DNA from: Octopus sinensis
Taxonomy: Eukaryota
NCBI RefSeq assembly: GCF_006345805.1
Contig: NC_042997.1
Coordinates: forward strand, 57,474,001 to 57,538,000
Direction: 5' to 3'
Length of the DNA stretch: 64,000 bases
Part shown: piece by piece, positions 13,470-26,099 of the stretch
Layout: each line of letters begins with the position of its first letter
Numbering within the stretch: position 1 is the stretch's first letter
Made by a program: the position numbers and the translations under genes
The notes under the pieces: model-generated
What the model was told of the DNA's origin: nothing
The model's input: only the letters and a program-made list of their open reading frames with translations
Database searches by the model: none

Positions 13470-15545
13470 AGACGACCAGAATGGAGGAGAAGGGTCTGGA
13501 AGCTTAAGGATCCTGCAAAAAGAGATTGAGAGACATATTACTCAAAGCTGTGGAAGACAACTGGAGGTTTCTACAGGACAACCTTTTGATGGCTAGTGAC
13601 CAGATCTGTGGATGGTGCAAAGTTTCCTCTCAACCCAAGGTAACGTGGTGGTGGAACAATGTTGTTGACAGGGCTAGTAAGGAAAAGAAACAGGCTTTGA
13701 AGGACTGGAAGACCGGTGATAGCAGGGAATTGTATCAGACTGCCAAAAGAGAAGCTAGGAGATAGGTTTATTTGGCCAGAGGGGAAGCAGATAAGGAAAA
13801 ATTTGCCAATGTTCTGCGCCGTGATGACCAAAGACTTGAAGTATTTTCCTGTTGCCAGACAGTGTGTGAGAGAGAATCGAGATGTCCTAGGAGAGAAATG
13901 TGTCCTCATGGGTGACGGTTCACTTGCTTTAAACGAAGCTGCAAAGAGACAGGTTTGGAGACGCCATTATGAAAGTTTGCTAAATAAAGTGAATGAATGT
14001 GAGAAAGAGAGTCTGCCGAATGCCAGCCCAACAGAGGGACCAGCTATCTATCTAAATTGACAGTGCCTTGGTAGGTAAAGCAATTAAGGGTATGAAGACA
14101 GGGAAAGCCCCCGGACAATCAAGAATCACCACAGAGATGCTCAAAATATCTGGCGGTGTCAGCTATAGCCTAGTCAACCAGGTGATACATGAAGGAGTCA
14201 TACCCAATGACTGGTGTAGCAGCACCATAGTCAACTGCTAACAAAGGTAAAGGTGATGCATTAGATACAAATAATTACAGAGGTATCAAGTTGTTGGATC
14301 AGGTAATGAAAGTCACGGAGAGGGTCATAGCCCAAGTAATTAGGGAGAGAGGCAGTCTAGATGAGATGCAGTTTTGGTTCGTGCCAGGGGAAAGCACCAC
14401 TGATGCTATATTTCTGATAAGACAGATGCAGGAGAAATAGCTAGTCCAAGATAAAACTCTGTACCTGGCTTTCATTGACAGGGTCCCCCGATCCCCTATC
14501 TGGTGGTCAATGAGGAGACTAGGGATGGATGAATGTTTATTGAGAGCTGTACAAGCCATGTACAGTAAGGTGACGGTTGGCAACGAGTACAGTGAAGAAT
14601 ATCGGGTAGGGGTAAGGGTCAACCTAAGATCAGTCCTCAGCCCTCTCTTATTCATTATAGTTCTCCAGGCAATAACAGAGGAATTCAAGACAGGCTGCTC
14701 CTCTATGCTGATGACCTTGCACTAATAGCAGAGTCACTGCCGGAACTGGAGCCAAAGGTTAGGGCATGGAAGCAAAGTCTAGAATTGAATGGCCTTAGGG
14801 TTAACCTAGCCAAAACCAAAGTTTTAGTTAGTGTGCAGGCTCTCAAATCACAAACTTCTCTGTAGAAAAGGCATTGGTAGAAACTCCATACGATGCACCC
14901 GGTGTAAGCTATGGACACATAAAAGGTGCAGCAATATCAAAGGAAGGTTAACTGGGAAAATTATTTCTTGTGTGTGGCAGATGCAGTGGGGCAATAAACA
15001 CTGAAGGTGTTCAGAAAACAGCTTCCATTACATGCCTGGGGAAGAAACTAGAAGTAGTAAACACTTTCTACTACCTAGGCGACCAAGTATGTAGTGGGAG
15101 TGATTGCTCTGCGAGTGTAGCAACTAGAGTAATAATAGGCTGGGCAAATACAGGGAGCTCCTACCTCTGCTGACAGCTAATGGCCCCTAACTCAGAGGGA
15201 AAGATGGACTGTATGATGCATGTGTGTGAACTGCCATGCTATACGGTAGTGAAACATGGGCCATGAATGCCGAGGACATGCGTAAGCTTGCAGTATGCTT
15301 GAGTCAAGTAAAACCAATACCGTAGCTGGGGGCCGGTGACCCGCTAGCTGGCACCTGTGCCGATGGGACATAAAGAACACCCACTACACTCTCAGAATAG
15401 TTGGCGTTAGGAAGGGCATTTAGCTGTAGAAATTATGCTAGACTAGATTGGAGCCTGTTGCAGCAGCTGGCTCTCCAAGATTTCAGTCAAACTGTCCAAC
15501 CCATGCCATCATGGAAAACGGACGTTAATCGATGATGACGACAAC
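13470..15545 (+). mobile_element. Decayed 5'-truncated RTE LINE
   Basis: Linker, RT and 3'UTR are colinear with the copy at 16745-21452; many stops and deletions; ends GATGATGACGAC. Confidence 0.9.
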
Positions 15546-15592
15546 AATGATTATATTAGTAACAAAGTTGGGTGCAGGCAAGCGATTTGTAG

Positions 15593-15760
15593 TAGAGAGC
15601 AATAGCGTTTGGAGCAAGCAAAGAGTTGGCAGCCAGCGACAGGCGGTGCGATCGATCGAAAAGCTGTCATCTCGGCAGCGATATTGCCCGCGGGTGTGTG
15701 TCCGGTAGCATACGTAACACACGGATGTATCGCGTTTATGCACGCGGCTATTGCTCTCTA
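15593..15760. mobile_element. Small GC-rich element with 14-bp inverted ends (putative MITE)
   Basis: TAGAGAGCAATAGC (15593-15606) and GCTATTGCTCTCTA (15747-15760). Confidence 0.4.
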
Positions 15761-16134
15761 ATAATTGCTTGCTTTTTATTTACTTAATGCATTCTTCACT
15801 TCGGTATACTGGGCAGAGATCGCATCGCATTCATGCACGCATTAGCTGTCTATCACCGCCTTAGCTATCATAAACAAACACAAGTTCATGTATGATATTA
15901 ATCTTTCTTCTACTTCAATTATTACATGGTTTTCTCTTATAAAAATACACACATACAGGAGAAGTAAATTATACATATAATACTTTAAATGTGGCTCTCG
16001 ATAAACAGTCAAAGTAATTACCTGATCAACAGTGGGTTTTACTGCTAGTATATATGTATACTAACAGTATACAGGTGACCAAATCTGATTTTCTACCTTG
16101 CAGTGAAGCAGATTCACTGTTTCAAAAATATCTG

Positions 16135-16373
16135 TTTCTTTATTACCCACAAGGGGCTAAACATAGAGGGGACAAACAAGGACAGACAAACAGATTAAGT
16201 GGATTACATCGACCCCAGTGCTTCACTGGTACTTAATTTATCGACCCCGAAAGGATGAAAGGCAAAGTCGACCTCGGCGTGATTTGAACTCTGAACGTAA
16301 CGGCAGACGAAATACGGCTACGCATTTCGCCCGGTGTGCTAACATTTCTGCCAGCTCGCCGCCTTTTTTAAAA
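16135..16373 (-). mobile_element. tRNA-derived SINE (GGCGGCGAGCTGGCAGAA head)
   Basis: On the minus strand: A-box-like TGGCAGAAATGTT, B-box-like GAGTTCAAATC, and central CGAGGTCGACTTTGCCTTTCATCCTTTCGGGGTCGATAAATTAAGTACC resembling the Nin/Deu-type SINE domain. Confidence 0.8.
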
Positions 16374-16399
16374 ATATCACTGTTTTTAAAATATCACTC

Positions 16400-16744
16400 A
16401 AGTATAATATTTTTTTTAAACTCAGAAAGTCTTTCCAAAATTTTCTTAGCTGTATCAGCTTGTCTTGGAGTTGTAATGAGTCATCTGACTCTTGAACATG
16501 AAAAAGTGGATTAATGGCTCCCACAAATTCACTAGTCTTTTAAGGCTCAGGCCTTTTGACCCATCTTACTTCTGTGTGAAGCAATAGGGTTTTAAAATCT
16601 TCATCTTCACAGAATTGCATAAAAAATCTATTATTCACAGAGTTTGATTTGACAATGTTATTTGTATGTATGGAAGTGTTGAGTGCATTTTCCATGTGTC
16701 CTCCAATATTCTTAGGAACCACATGCTGTCTGTGGATAATGCAA
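16400..16744 (-). mobile_element. hAT (Buster/Charlie-type) transposase remnant, 3' half
   Basis: HCIIHRQH..LLLHTEVRW motifs; rejoins 21453 across the RTE insertion. Confidence 0.8.
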
Positions 16745-19700
16745 CATCATCATCATCATCATCATCATTTAGCGTCCGTTTTCCATGCTAGCATGGGTTG
16801 GACGGTTCTACTGGGGTATGTGAAGCCAGAAGGCTTCATCAGGCCCAGTCAAATCTGGCAGTGTTTCTACGGGTGGATGCCCTTCCTAACGCCAACCACT
16901 CCGTGAGTGTAGTGGGTGCTTTTTACGTGCCACCCGCATTGGTGCCAGACAGAGCTGGCAAACGGCCACGAACGGATGGTGCTTTTTATGTGCCACCGGC
17001 ACGAGGGCCAGGCGAGGCTGGCAACGGACACGAAACGGGGCGGTGCTGGCAACGGTCGCGAAACGGAAAGTTCTCTTACATGCCACCGGCACTGGTAACA
17101 CATCTGCAATTTCCATTGATCGATTTCCATTGATCGATTTCGATTCTGATCCTCACTTGCCTCAATGGGTCTTCACAAGCAGAGTTTCGACATGCCACCG
17201 GCACTGGTAGCACATCCGCAATTTCCATTGATCGATTTCGATTCTGATCCTCACTTGCCTCAACACGTCTTCACAAGTAGAGTTTTGTGTCCCAAGAAGG
17301 GAAGGTATGCATACGTAGGCTGGCTCCATCCCATGTAGAAGGCCACGGGTTGTGGACTCACTTGTCCTGCCGGGTCTTCTCGCGCACAGCACACTTCCAG
17401 AGGTCTCGGTCTCTAGTCATTTCCTCAGTGACACCTAAAGTTCGAAGGTCGTGCTTCATCACCTCGTCCCAGGTTTTCCTGGGTCTGCCTCTTCCACAGG
17501 TTCCCTCAACCGCTAGGGTGTGGCACTTTTTCACACAACTATCTTCATCCATTCTCGCCACATGACCATACCAGCGCAAACGTCTCTCTTGCACACCACA
17601 ACTGATGCTTCTTAGGTCCAGCTTTTCTCTCAAGGTACTTACACTCTGCCGAGTGTGAGTACCAGCATTACACATCCATCGGAGCATACTGGCTTCATTT
17701 CTAGCGAGCTTACGCATATCCTCAGCAGTCACGGCCCATGTTTCACTGCCATGTAGCATGGCTGTTCGTACACATGCATCATACAGTCTGCCTTTCACTC
17801 TGTGCGAGAGGCCTTTTGTCACCAGCAGAGGTAAGAGCTCTCTGAACTTTGCCCAAGCTATTCTTACTCTAGCAGTTACACTTTCAGTACACCCGCCCCG
17901 CTGCTGACTTGGTCACCTAGGTAACGGAAACTATCAACTATTTCTAGTTTTTCTCCCTGGAAAGTGACGGAAGTTGGTCTCAGAGCATTTTCAGTGTTTA
18001 TTGTTCCTGAGCATCTGCCACATACAAAAACCATCTTCCTAGTTAGCCTTCCTTTGACATTGCTGCATCTCTTATGTGTCCATAGCTTACACTTGGTGCA
18101 TCTTATAGAGTTTCTACCTACACCTTTTCTACAGATCGAGCAGGGCCATCTACCTGAAGGTGTTTGTGATTTGTCTACCTTCCTACTGATTACGACTTTG
18201 GTTTTAGCTAGATTGACTCTGAGGCCCTTCGATTCTAATCCTTGTTTCCACACCTGAAACTTCTCCTCCAGTTCTGATAGCGACTCAGCAATTAGAGCAA
18301 GGTCATCAGCACAGAGGAGCTCCCAAGGGCATCCTGTCTTGAATTCCTCCGTTATTGCCTGGAGGACTATGATAAATAGGAGGGGGCTGAGTACTGAGCC
18401 TTGGTGGACCCCTACCTCTACCCGGAATTCTTCACTGTACTCATTTCCAACCCTCACCCTACTAGCGGCGTCCCTATACATGGCCCGCACAGCTCTCAAT
18501 AACCATTCATCTATCCCTAGTTTTCTCATTGCCCACCAGATAAGGGATCGGGGGACCCTGTCGAAGGCTTTCTCCATGTCAACAAAAGCCAGGTACAGGG
18601 GCTTATCTTTGGCTAGGTATTTCTCCTGCAGCTGCCTTACCAGGAATATAGCATCAGTATTACTTTTCCCTGGCACAAACCCAAACTGCATCTCATTTAA
18701 ACTAACTCTCTCTCTCTAATTAGTTGGGCTATGACCCTCTCCGTAACCTTCATCACCTGGTCCAACAGCTTGATACCTCTGTAGTTATTTGTATCTAGGG
18801 CATCACCTTTACCTTTGTGGCAGTTGACTATTATACTGCTACACCAGTCATTGGGTATGACCCCTTTGTGTATCACCTGATTAACTATATGGGTGACTAG
18901 GCTATAGCCGACACTACCAGACATTTTGAGCATCTCTGCAGTGATTCCTGATGGGCCTGGGGCTTTCCCTGTCTTCATGCTTCTAATTGCCTTAGCTACC
19001 ACAGAACTATCAACTCGGATAGCTGGTCCCTCTGTTGGGTCAACATTCGGCAGACTCTCTTTATCCCATTCATTTTCTTCATTCAGCAACCTTTCATAGT
19101 GGAATCTCCAGACCTCTCTCTTTGCATCCTCATTTAGCGCAAGTGAACCATCTTCCATGCGAACACACTTCTCTCCTACCACATCACGATTCTCTCTCAC
19201 ACACTGTCTTGCAACACGAAACACCTCCAGTCTTTGGTCCTCACGGCGCAGAACATTGGCAAATTTTTTCTTATCTGCTTCCCCTCTGGCTAAATAAACC
19301 TGTCTCCTAGCTTCTCTTTTGGCAGTCTGATACAATTCCCTGCTACCCCCATTTTTCCAGACCTTCCAAGCCTGTCTCTTTTCTCTAATAGCCCTGTCTA
19401 CAATATTGTTCAACCACCACGTTATTCTAGGTCGAGAGGGGACTTTGCACCAGCCACAGATCTGGTCAGTGGCTCTCAGCAGGTTGTCCCTTAGAAACGT
19501 CCAGCTGTCTTCTACCCCCTGTGATGCTCTATCCCCTTCTACTTCGTCAGAGGCTTCAAGTAATATGTCCCTAAATCTCTGTCCATTTGCAGGATCTTTA
19601 AGCTTCCAGATCCTTCTTCTCCATATTTGTCGTCTTCTGGTTGTCCTCCTAGTCCTGATCCTAAAGTCACTAACTACCAGTCTATGTTGTGGGGTACATT

Positions 19701-21452
19701 CTTCACCTGGGAAGGTTTTGGCATTTATAAGCAGCCATCTCTCCCTTTGCCTTGTAAGGATGTAGTCAATTTGGCTGGTATGTTGGCCCGATTGGTAAGT
19801 GACTAGGTGGCTGGTAGGTTTCCTGAAGTTAGTGTTGCAAATCATAAGATTATTTGCATCGCAGAACTCCAGCAGCCTGGTTCCCTCCTCGTTGCGGGAG
19901 CCATAGCCATAGCCTCCATGTACGCCATGGAAGCCCCCAGCATGTCGTCCAACGTGACCATTGAAGTCACCAGCCACAAAGATAAGGTCTCTGTCGTTCG
20001 TCAATGAGGTAGTCTGCAGTAGAGTGTCATAGAATCGGTCTTTCTGTCCATCGGGTAGCCCCGACTGAGGAGCATAGGCTGATATAATGGTTGCTAAACT
20101 ATGATGAAGCACTAATCTAATCTTAAGTATTCTGTCACTTACTCTGATTACCTCAATTACTTTATCTACCCATTTCTCAGCGATAAGTATACCCACGCCA
20201 CCAACCCCGTCAGTGTTCCCTGCCCAGAAAATCTTGTACCTGCGTTCCTTGCCTGTGAGGAACCTAGCTGATCCTCCTCTCCACCTTATTTCTTGCATGC
20301 AACATATATCCACACATCTCCGTTCAAGCATCTCGACTATCTCACCAGACCTACCTTTCAGAGTGCCAACGTTGAGGTGCCAACCCTGAGGGTGTGGAAG
20401 GCAATGGGCTCTAGAGACCCTGGGACGGTGGACAGTAGCTTCGTGTACCTGAAAAGAAAGCTCGCATTTGGCAGAATTCATGTGCAAGAAATGAAGTAGT
20501 AAAGTAGCCTTCAGTACAACCTGCATAACGCTAGCCTTCATATTTTGCACTGTATGAACATTACCTTACATAGGTCGAGACTAGGGGTAGGGAGGGGTAG
20601 GGATGGTGAGAGCATTTGCAGTCTTCATGGGAAGCAACCCCGGGATGGAAGAGAATAGGAACTTCCGGCATGCGTGGTGGGGGTGGGAGGGCGGGTGCAC
20701 CATAGCTGAGTAAAGAGGTTCTGTTAATCGTGAGCTAGCAAATGGGTTTGTATGAATCGGGAGACAATACTAAACGAAAAATTGAAAAATTGAAAAATCA
20801 GAGTGGCTATGAACCTGGAGACAAGTCTAAACGAAAAAAAAATGTTTGAGCTAGACAGGGTAATGAGGGAATACTGAAAGAATGAGGGACAATACAATGA
20901 GATGGAAATTGAAGAATAGAGAAAGAATAAGGATAAGTGCAAGAAAGAAGGTAGTCGTAGCAAGGTTGGACGATTCACTTAACTTTTAGCCATTCATGAT
21001 CTGTGCGTATTCTTTAGATATTTTGAAGCGAGTGGGGTTAACGATAAATGCGATCGCTCTTTTATGTATGGCGATGATGGTTTTGGGGAGGGGGGGGCAT
21101 AGAGGGCCATGGCGATGATGGTTATGGGAAGGAGGGACATAGCAAGAGAGAGATAGGGTTAGTTAGAGAGAGAGGTCAAGGGACACGTGACAATAAGCGG
21201 TGTGAGGGAATTTGACTGGGGACGGCATTGTCGATAAATAAACATTAGATAAATAGGTTTGAAAATCAGAAAAATCAGAGGGAATATCATTATTGATAGC
21301 TAATATAACACCGTAGCTGAGTAAAGAGGTTCTGTTAATCGTGAGCTAGCAAATGGGTTTGTATGAATCGGGAGACAATACTAAACGAAAAATTGAAAAA
21401 TTGAAAAATCAGAGTGGCTATGAACCTGGAGACAAGTCTAAACGAAAAGAAA
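16745..21452 (-). mobile_element. Full-length RTE LINE (~4.7 kb) inserted into the hAT transposase
   Basis: Removing 16745-21452 restores APHILNI-HCIIHRQ of the hAT ORF (GCAA|GTATATTT, one base lost, no TSD). It has a (GAT)n tail, a 3'UTR, an APE-RT ORF and a ~900-nt 5'UTR. Confidence 0.92.
17358..20550 (-). CDS. RTE polyprotein (APE endonuclease, RT, PHD finger, C-terminus), split by two small indels
   Basis: ORF segments of 617, 271 and 154 aa: LNVGTL..QEIRW, AGDFNGH, SQIDYIL, SDHR-like PQHRLV, FVDMEKAFDRVPR, GVHQGSVLSPLLF, CADD. Breaks at an (AG)n run near 18705 (+2) and a G run near 17897 (-1). Confidence 0.85.
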
Positions 21453-22650
21453 GTATATTTAAAATGTGAGGAGCAACTGATTTCATTCTAGAAACAAAGC
21501 CTTTCACTTTTCCAGTCATGGCTGCAGCTCCATCTGATGCAGTGTTGATCAAATTAGTCGATGGAATATTTTTATCATTAAAATACTGCATTACTTCATT
21601 GAATATATCTTCTCCATTAGCTGTTTCAAAAAAAACTTTTAATGAATAACATTTCTTCCCTTATATCATCTTCATGATTGAATCTGACATAGACCAGAAG
21701 GATAACTTGGTTATGAATTGTGCTATCATCAACCTGGATAGAAAAATTGGTCGTTTGGAGAATTTCCACAATCTTCTTTCTCCTCAACAAAATTAGACAT
21801 TTCATCCTGTCTTCTTGTAATTGTGTTATTTGAAAGGGGAATTGTACTCAGAGTAGGTTCAGCATCTTTTCCCAGAACCTCATTTGCACAAGCTATCATA
21901 GCAGGCTTGACAAGATTCTCACCTTAAATCTGAGGTGCTGCAACCTTGGCAATAATTTCAGAAACCAAATAACTTGGTTTGAGTGTCTTTACTTTTTCAA
22001 TATTTATCTTCTTTACAAAGTCAGGTAGTTTGATTAGCTGTATTTTCTTTTTATTCTCAAAATATTCCTGACCTTTACCAACAGATGATGGATGCCTTAA
22101 TTTCTGGTGCTGCTCCAGCTTAACTTTCTTCATGGAATAATTTGTCATGATGGCATTACATTGAAGATACATAGGTTTTGAGTCTACAGATACAAAACCA
22201 AACACAATAAAATCTTCTTTGTATTTCTTCAGTTTTGCCTTTTTAGCAGTTGGTTCAGATATTATTACAACTGATCATAAAAAAATAATAATAATAAATA
22301 TTTTATTTCTATAAATTTAAAGTAACAAATTTATTATTAAACAATATTATGTAGTGATCTATTAAAAATATCGAATTTATTATGAAACTGTTGTGATTAT
22401 AAAATTTAAATTATGTAATTCTTGATTGTAATATATTATTGATTATATATTATACATTATTGATTCTTATGGAATAATTATTGAATTTTGTTTTCTTATT
22501 ATTATTCTGTCTTCATATAAATTATTATTAACTAACAGTGTCTTTATTATCAAACAATATTGTGTAGATCTGAAATGGCTTCAATTTTTTACGGCTACGA
22601 ATTCTCTGGGGACCACTGGTAGGTTCCAGGGACCACATTGGGAATCACTG
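21453..22650 (-). mobile_element. hAT (Buster/Charlie-type) transposon, 5' half with TIR
   Basis: ZBED5/8-like N-terminus (FGFVSVDSKPMYLQCNAIMTNYSMKKVKLEQH); TIR-like CAGTGATTCCCAA at 22650; flank CTTTAAAC fits an 8-bp TA-centred target. Confidence 0.75.
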
Positions 22651-22949
22651 CTTTAAACAATACTGGATGAAATGAATATTGAAATTATTTACAAATTTTG
22701 TTAGTACATGAAACATGTTATAATTTACAAGTTCCAGTAGAATATGTGACAAAGATAATATTCCTAGCTGAACTTATCCCCTTTAATTTTCTTGTACCAG
22801 AAACTTCCAACCCCAGTCAATATTAACACCAGATAACTTACACAGGACATTTTCATAATAAAGAAGAAAAAATTAAAAGGCTTTGATCTTTTTTCTTTTA
22901 AACAAAAGAATTTTGATAAAAATATATATAAAGGATAGCTTTGTGGTTG

Positions 22950-23130
22950 AAAAATTTGCTTCACACCCATGGGTTTCTGGGTTCAATTCTGCTGTGTGGT
23001 ATATTGGGTAAGTGTCTTTTACTGTAGTCTTAGGTTGATCAATGTCATGTGAGTCAAATTGGGAGAATGATTCTATGAAGAAGCCCGCAAGATGTGTTTG
23101 CGTGTATGTATGTCATGGAAATTATTAGGA
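22950..23130 (+). mobile_element. Decayed tRNA-head SINE
   Basis: GGGTTCAATTCTGCTGTGTGGTATATTGGGTAAGTGTCTT is a degenerate match to 27212-27340. Confidence 0.6.
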
Positions 23131-23408
23131 TGAATATTCTTTGGGTGGAAGATCAGAATAAACAAAAGAATGCAAGTGAATGTGTCATGTAAAGTGGGAT
23201 GGGTGGGTTGGTGAGGTGCACAGCTGCCTTCAGAGACAACAGTAAAAAATCTTTGGTTTCATAATGGTTGAATCATTTGCCCAAAACAATGAGATTTTTG
23301 TTTCTTTTTTAAGACATGTAATAGTAGACATGTAGTGGGGGAATATTTATATTGATAGGAATCATTAATTAACAAGAAAATAATTATACATACATATATA
23401 TATATGTA

Positions 23409-23806
23409 CTAGCAGTATTGCCCGGCGTTGCTCGGGTTTGTAAGGGAAATAACTATATAAGCATTTTTAGAGATGTAAAGTATAATAGCCATCTCAATAT
23501 GGCTAACCACAAAGGTGGGGGGTGTTACTGTAGCTTTTTACGTTCTGAGATTTAATAATAAATTTTTAGAGAGTTACTTCCCTTATATATGCCAAAAATG
23601 CATTAAAAATGGGAAAAATTGAAGGTAAATTTTTTTTTAAATCGTAGCCTCATCATAGACGCAAACTTATACCCAGAAGGGCTCGATATGAATCACGACT
23701 ATAAGATACCCGGTTTCGGTTAAACTGCACCGCAAAATGTGGGTGCAGTTAGGAATTTAAATCGTAGGAGACAGACAGCACACAACCTCACTTTTATATA
23801 TAAAGA
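23409..23806 (-). mobile_element. Non-autonomous Helitron (Lep1-like)
   Basis: On the minus strand it begins A|TC and ends with the hairpin CCCGAGCAACGCCGGG followed by CTAG|T; the same termini occur at 60256-60646. Confidence 0.75.
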
Positions 23807-24001
23807 TATATGCTTTTCTCGGACTATCTTTTTCCTTCTCTCCAGTCATTTTCCGCTTTCCTTTCTGACAAAGAACCATACTTGAAATGTCACACCTCCA
23901 TCTTTTTTCCATCTTACTTTCTCTGAGCATCAATCTCATATATTCGCTGTGTACATCCTTTTGAATTTTGTTGTTTTTCCTATTTTTGTTTTTTACTTGC
24001 C

Positions 24002-24049
<48 letters not shown>

Positions 24050-24055
<6 letters not shown>

Positions 24056-24446
24056 CCTAACCCACAACCCACCCTTGCTTTCCCCACTCTCACCTGTCTC
24101 TCCACACCACACCACCATGCACAGACTAGCACTGACTACTTCCCAGCACCCACACCATCATCTACACACCCATATATGCTCTCATATACACACGCACGTG
24201 CACCTTCATTTTGGGATCACCACTACTTTATTATCTTCCCTTCTTCCTAGCTCTCTTGTGTGACCCCTTTGTCCGGCATTTGCCATGATAGATCGCTAGC
24301 CACTACACTGTATTTTCTCTCCGTTTCTTTCTGTGGAAGAACGTAGGCTCTAAATATTAAAGACTTTTTCACTTCCCGAGCATTAAACTAATACATCTGT
24401 TGTCTACACCACCTGACTTCGTCTTTTGTTTTTTTGTGAATTCTCC

Positions 24447-24450
<4 letters not shown>
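24050..24450 (+). mobile_element. Decayed Penelope-like terminal repeat
   Basis: GGAAGAACGTAGGCTCTAAA is a degraded GAAGAGC..GCTCGAAA hammerhead-type core in a CT-rich tail. Confidence 0.35.
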
Positions 24451-24485
<35 letters not shown>

Positions 24486-24790
24486 TACACATATGTATAT
24501 ATTGTGTGTACAGTTTGATGCAAACTGCTACTGTTGAGTTTCAAACTCCATGCAGAATATCAGCATCCAATCTGCTTCCAGTACAGTGGTGTGGTTACTA
24601 CTATACTTAGTAGTGTTACTGAACATATATAAAATAATGCAATAAAGTGTTGTCTTGATGATATACTGTGGTGTTCAGTAACCAACTGCACTTGGAACAT
24701 TTAGTGCAAAGGTTAAAAATTTGAAAATAACCACAACTGAAATGTATGGAGAAAACAAACTTGCATTTAATCATTTCTCCAGCATATATA

Positions 24791-25195
24791 CAGGGTGTGA
24801 TGGGTAAATTGTCACTATTTCATAGTTTTAATTTTACACATGTGCATTGTTTGTTTTTGATTTTGTTAATTACACAGTATACTAGGGTCAGTTGAGCACC
24901 ATCTGTGCGAAAAACAGTACCATGATACAATTTACTCTGCCAGAAATTTGGAAATGAGATGCCTTACTGGTTGGCATTCGTGCCGGACGAGCCAATAAAA
25001 ACAGATGGTGAATGCACAGAACCACTGACTTGCCATGTCCCCAAAATATGTACCGAGAGTGATAAAAATCAAACATCCAGCCAACATCATGGTGTTTGGA
25101 GTGATCACTAGCAATGGTAATGTTATGCTTCCATTCATATTCCCACATGGTCTCAGACTGAACACAGAGGCTTACATCAAATGCCTGGAGGAGGT
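24791..25195 (+). mobile_element. Tc1/mariner (maT/DD37D-like) fragment
   Basis: TA|CAGGGTG terminus; KHPANIMVFGVITSNG..LNTEAYIKCLEE transposase segment. Confidence 0.7.
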
Positions 25196-26099
25196 ATATA
25201 TATCGTTTTTAGAAAAACATAAATCCAGCGAAGCACACTCTAAGAAGTAGAGTGGTCTATATTTTTCCTGGTGAAGGCCGATTTATGGGGTTATCCTGGG
25301 TTTCTCTGTCCATAAAGGGTTTAATTTTATGGCATATCGTCAGACTCCAAAACCTGATGACCTATGACCTCTTTAAAATATGGAAGGGAAAGTCTGAATT
25401 ATCTCCTTTCACCAATAGCTTCCAACCATAATGCCATCATTCAGCTGAGGGTAAATAATAGGGGATTATCTCCCTCTCCTGTTAGCTATCAACTTCTAGC
25501 AGTTCCCAAAAGGCCAGTAGAAATCTCCTAAAGTGCAAACATGGCCCAAGAATCTCCATTCTGGAGTTAAGTATAGCCCCTGGTTTGAATGAGTCCCTTA
25601 GGATTCCCATGCATTCAGCTATGCATAGCTTGCAGCGTTTCATCCCATTTATGTAGAGGTCTGAGTTTTTGAGGATTTTTCATAAGATGGAGTGTGGAAC
25701 TCTGTCGTCTTCTAGTTGCCATATGTGGCTGGCCAGCAATGTTATGTATCTCCTTTCCAGGACTTTGAAGGATCCATGGTTGGGAAAATGAATTTCTGGT
25801 CCAACAAATATATTTCTGTAGACTTGCAATGTCGGTGTTGTACCTATTATTGTTGTTCACGCCACTGTAGCTGCTGTTGATGTAGTTGTAACTGCTGCTG
25901 CTGTTGCTATGTCAAAGCAAGGGCTGCAGGTGTTAGTGGTGGTGGTTGCATCGGTAATGTTACTGCCCCTGCATATGTTACCAGCAAAGCACTTCTTTAT
26001 GTTGTTACTAATGCTGCCAATGTTAATGCTGCCAATGTTGTTGCTGCCATACATACACACATATATATACACACACCTGTGGGTATATGTGTGTGTGTA

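Noticed and set aside
15983-16003. Possible far TIR and TSD of the hAT element (CTTTAAAT-GTGGCTCTC)
   Set aside because: Only a partial match to CAGTGATTCCCAA and to the CTTTAAAC target; cannot be distinguished from chance.
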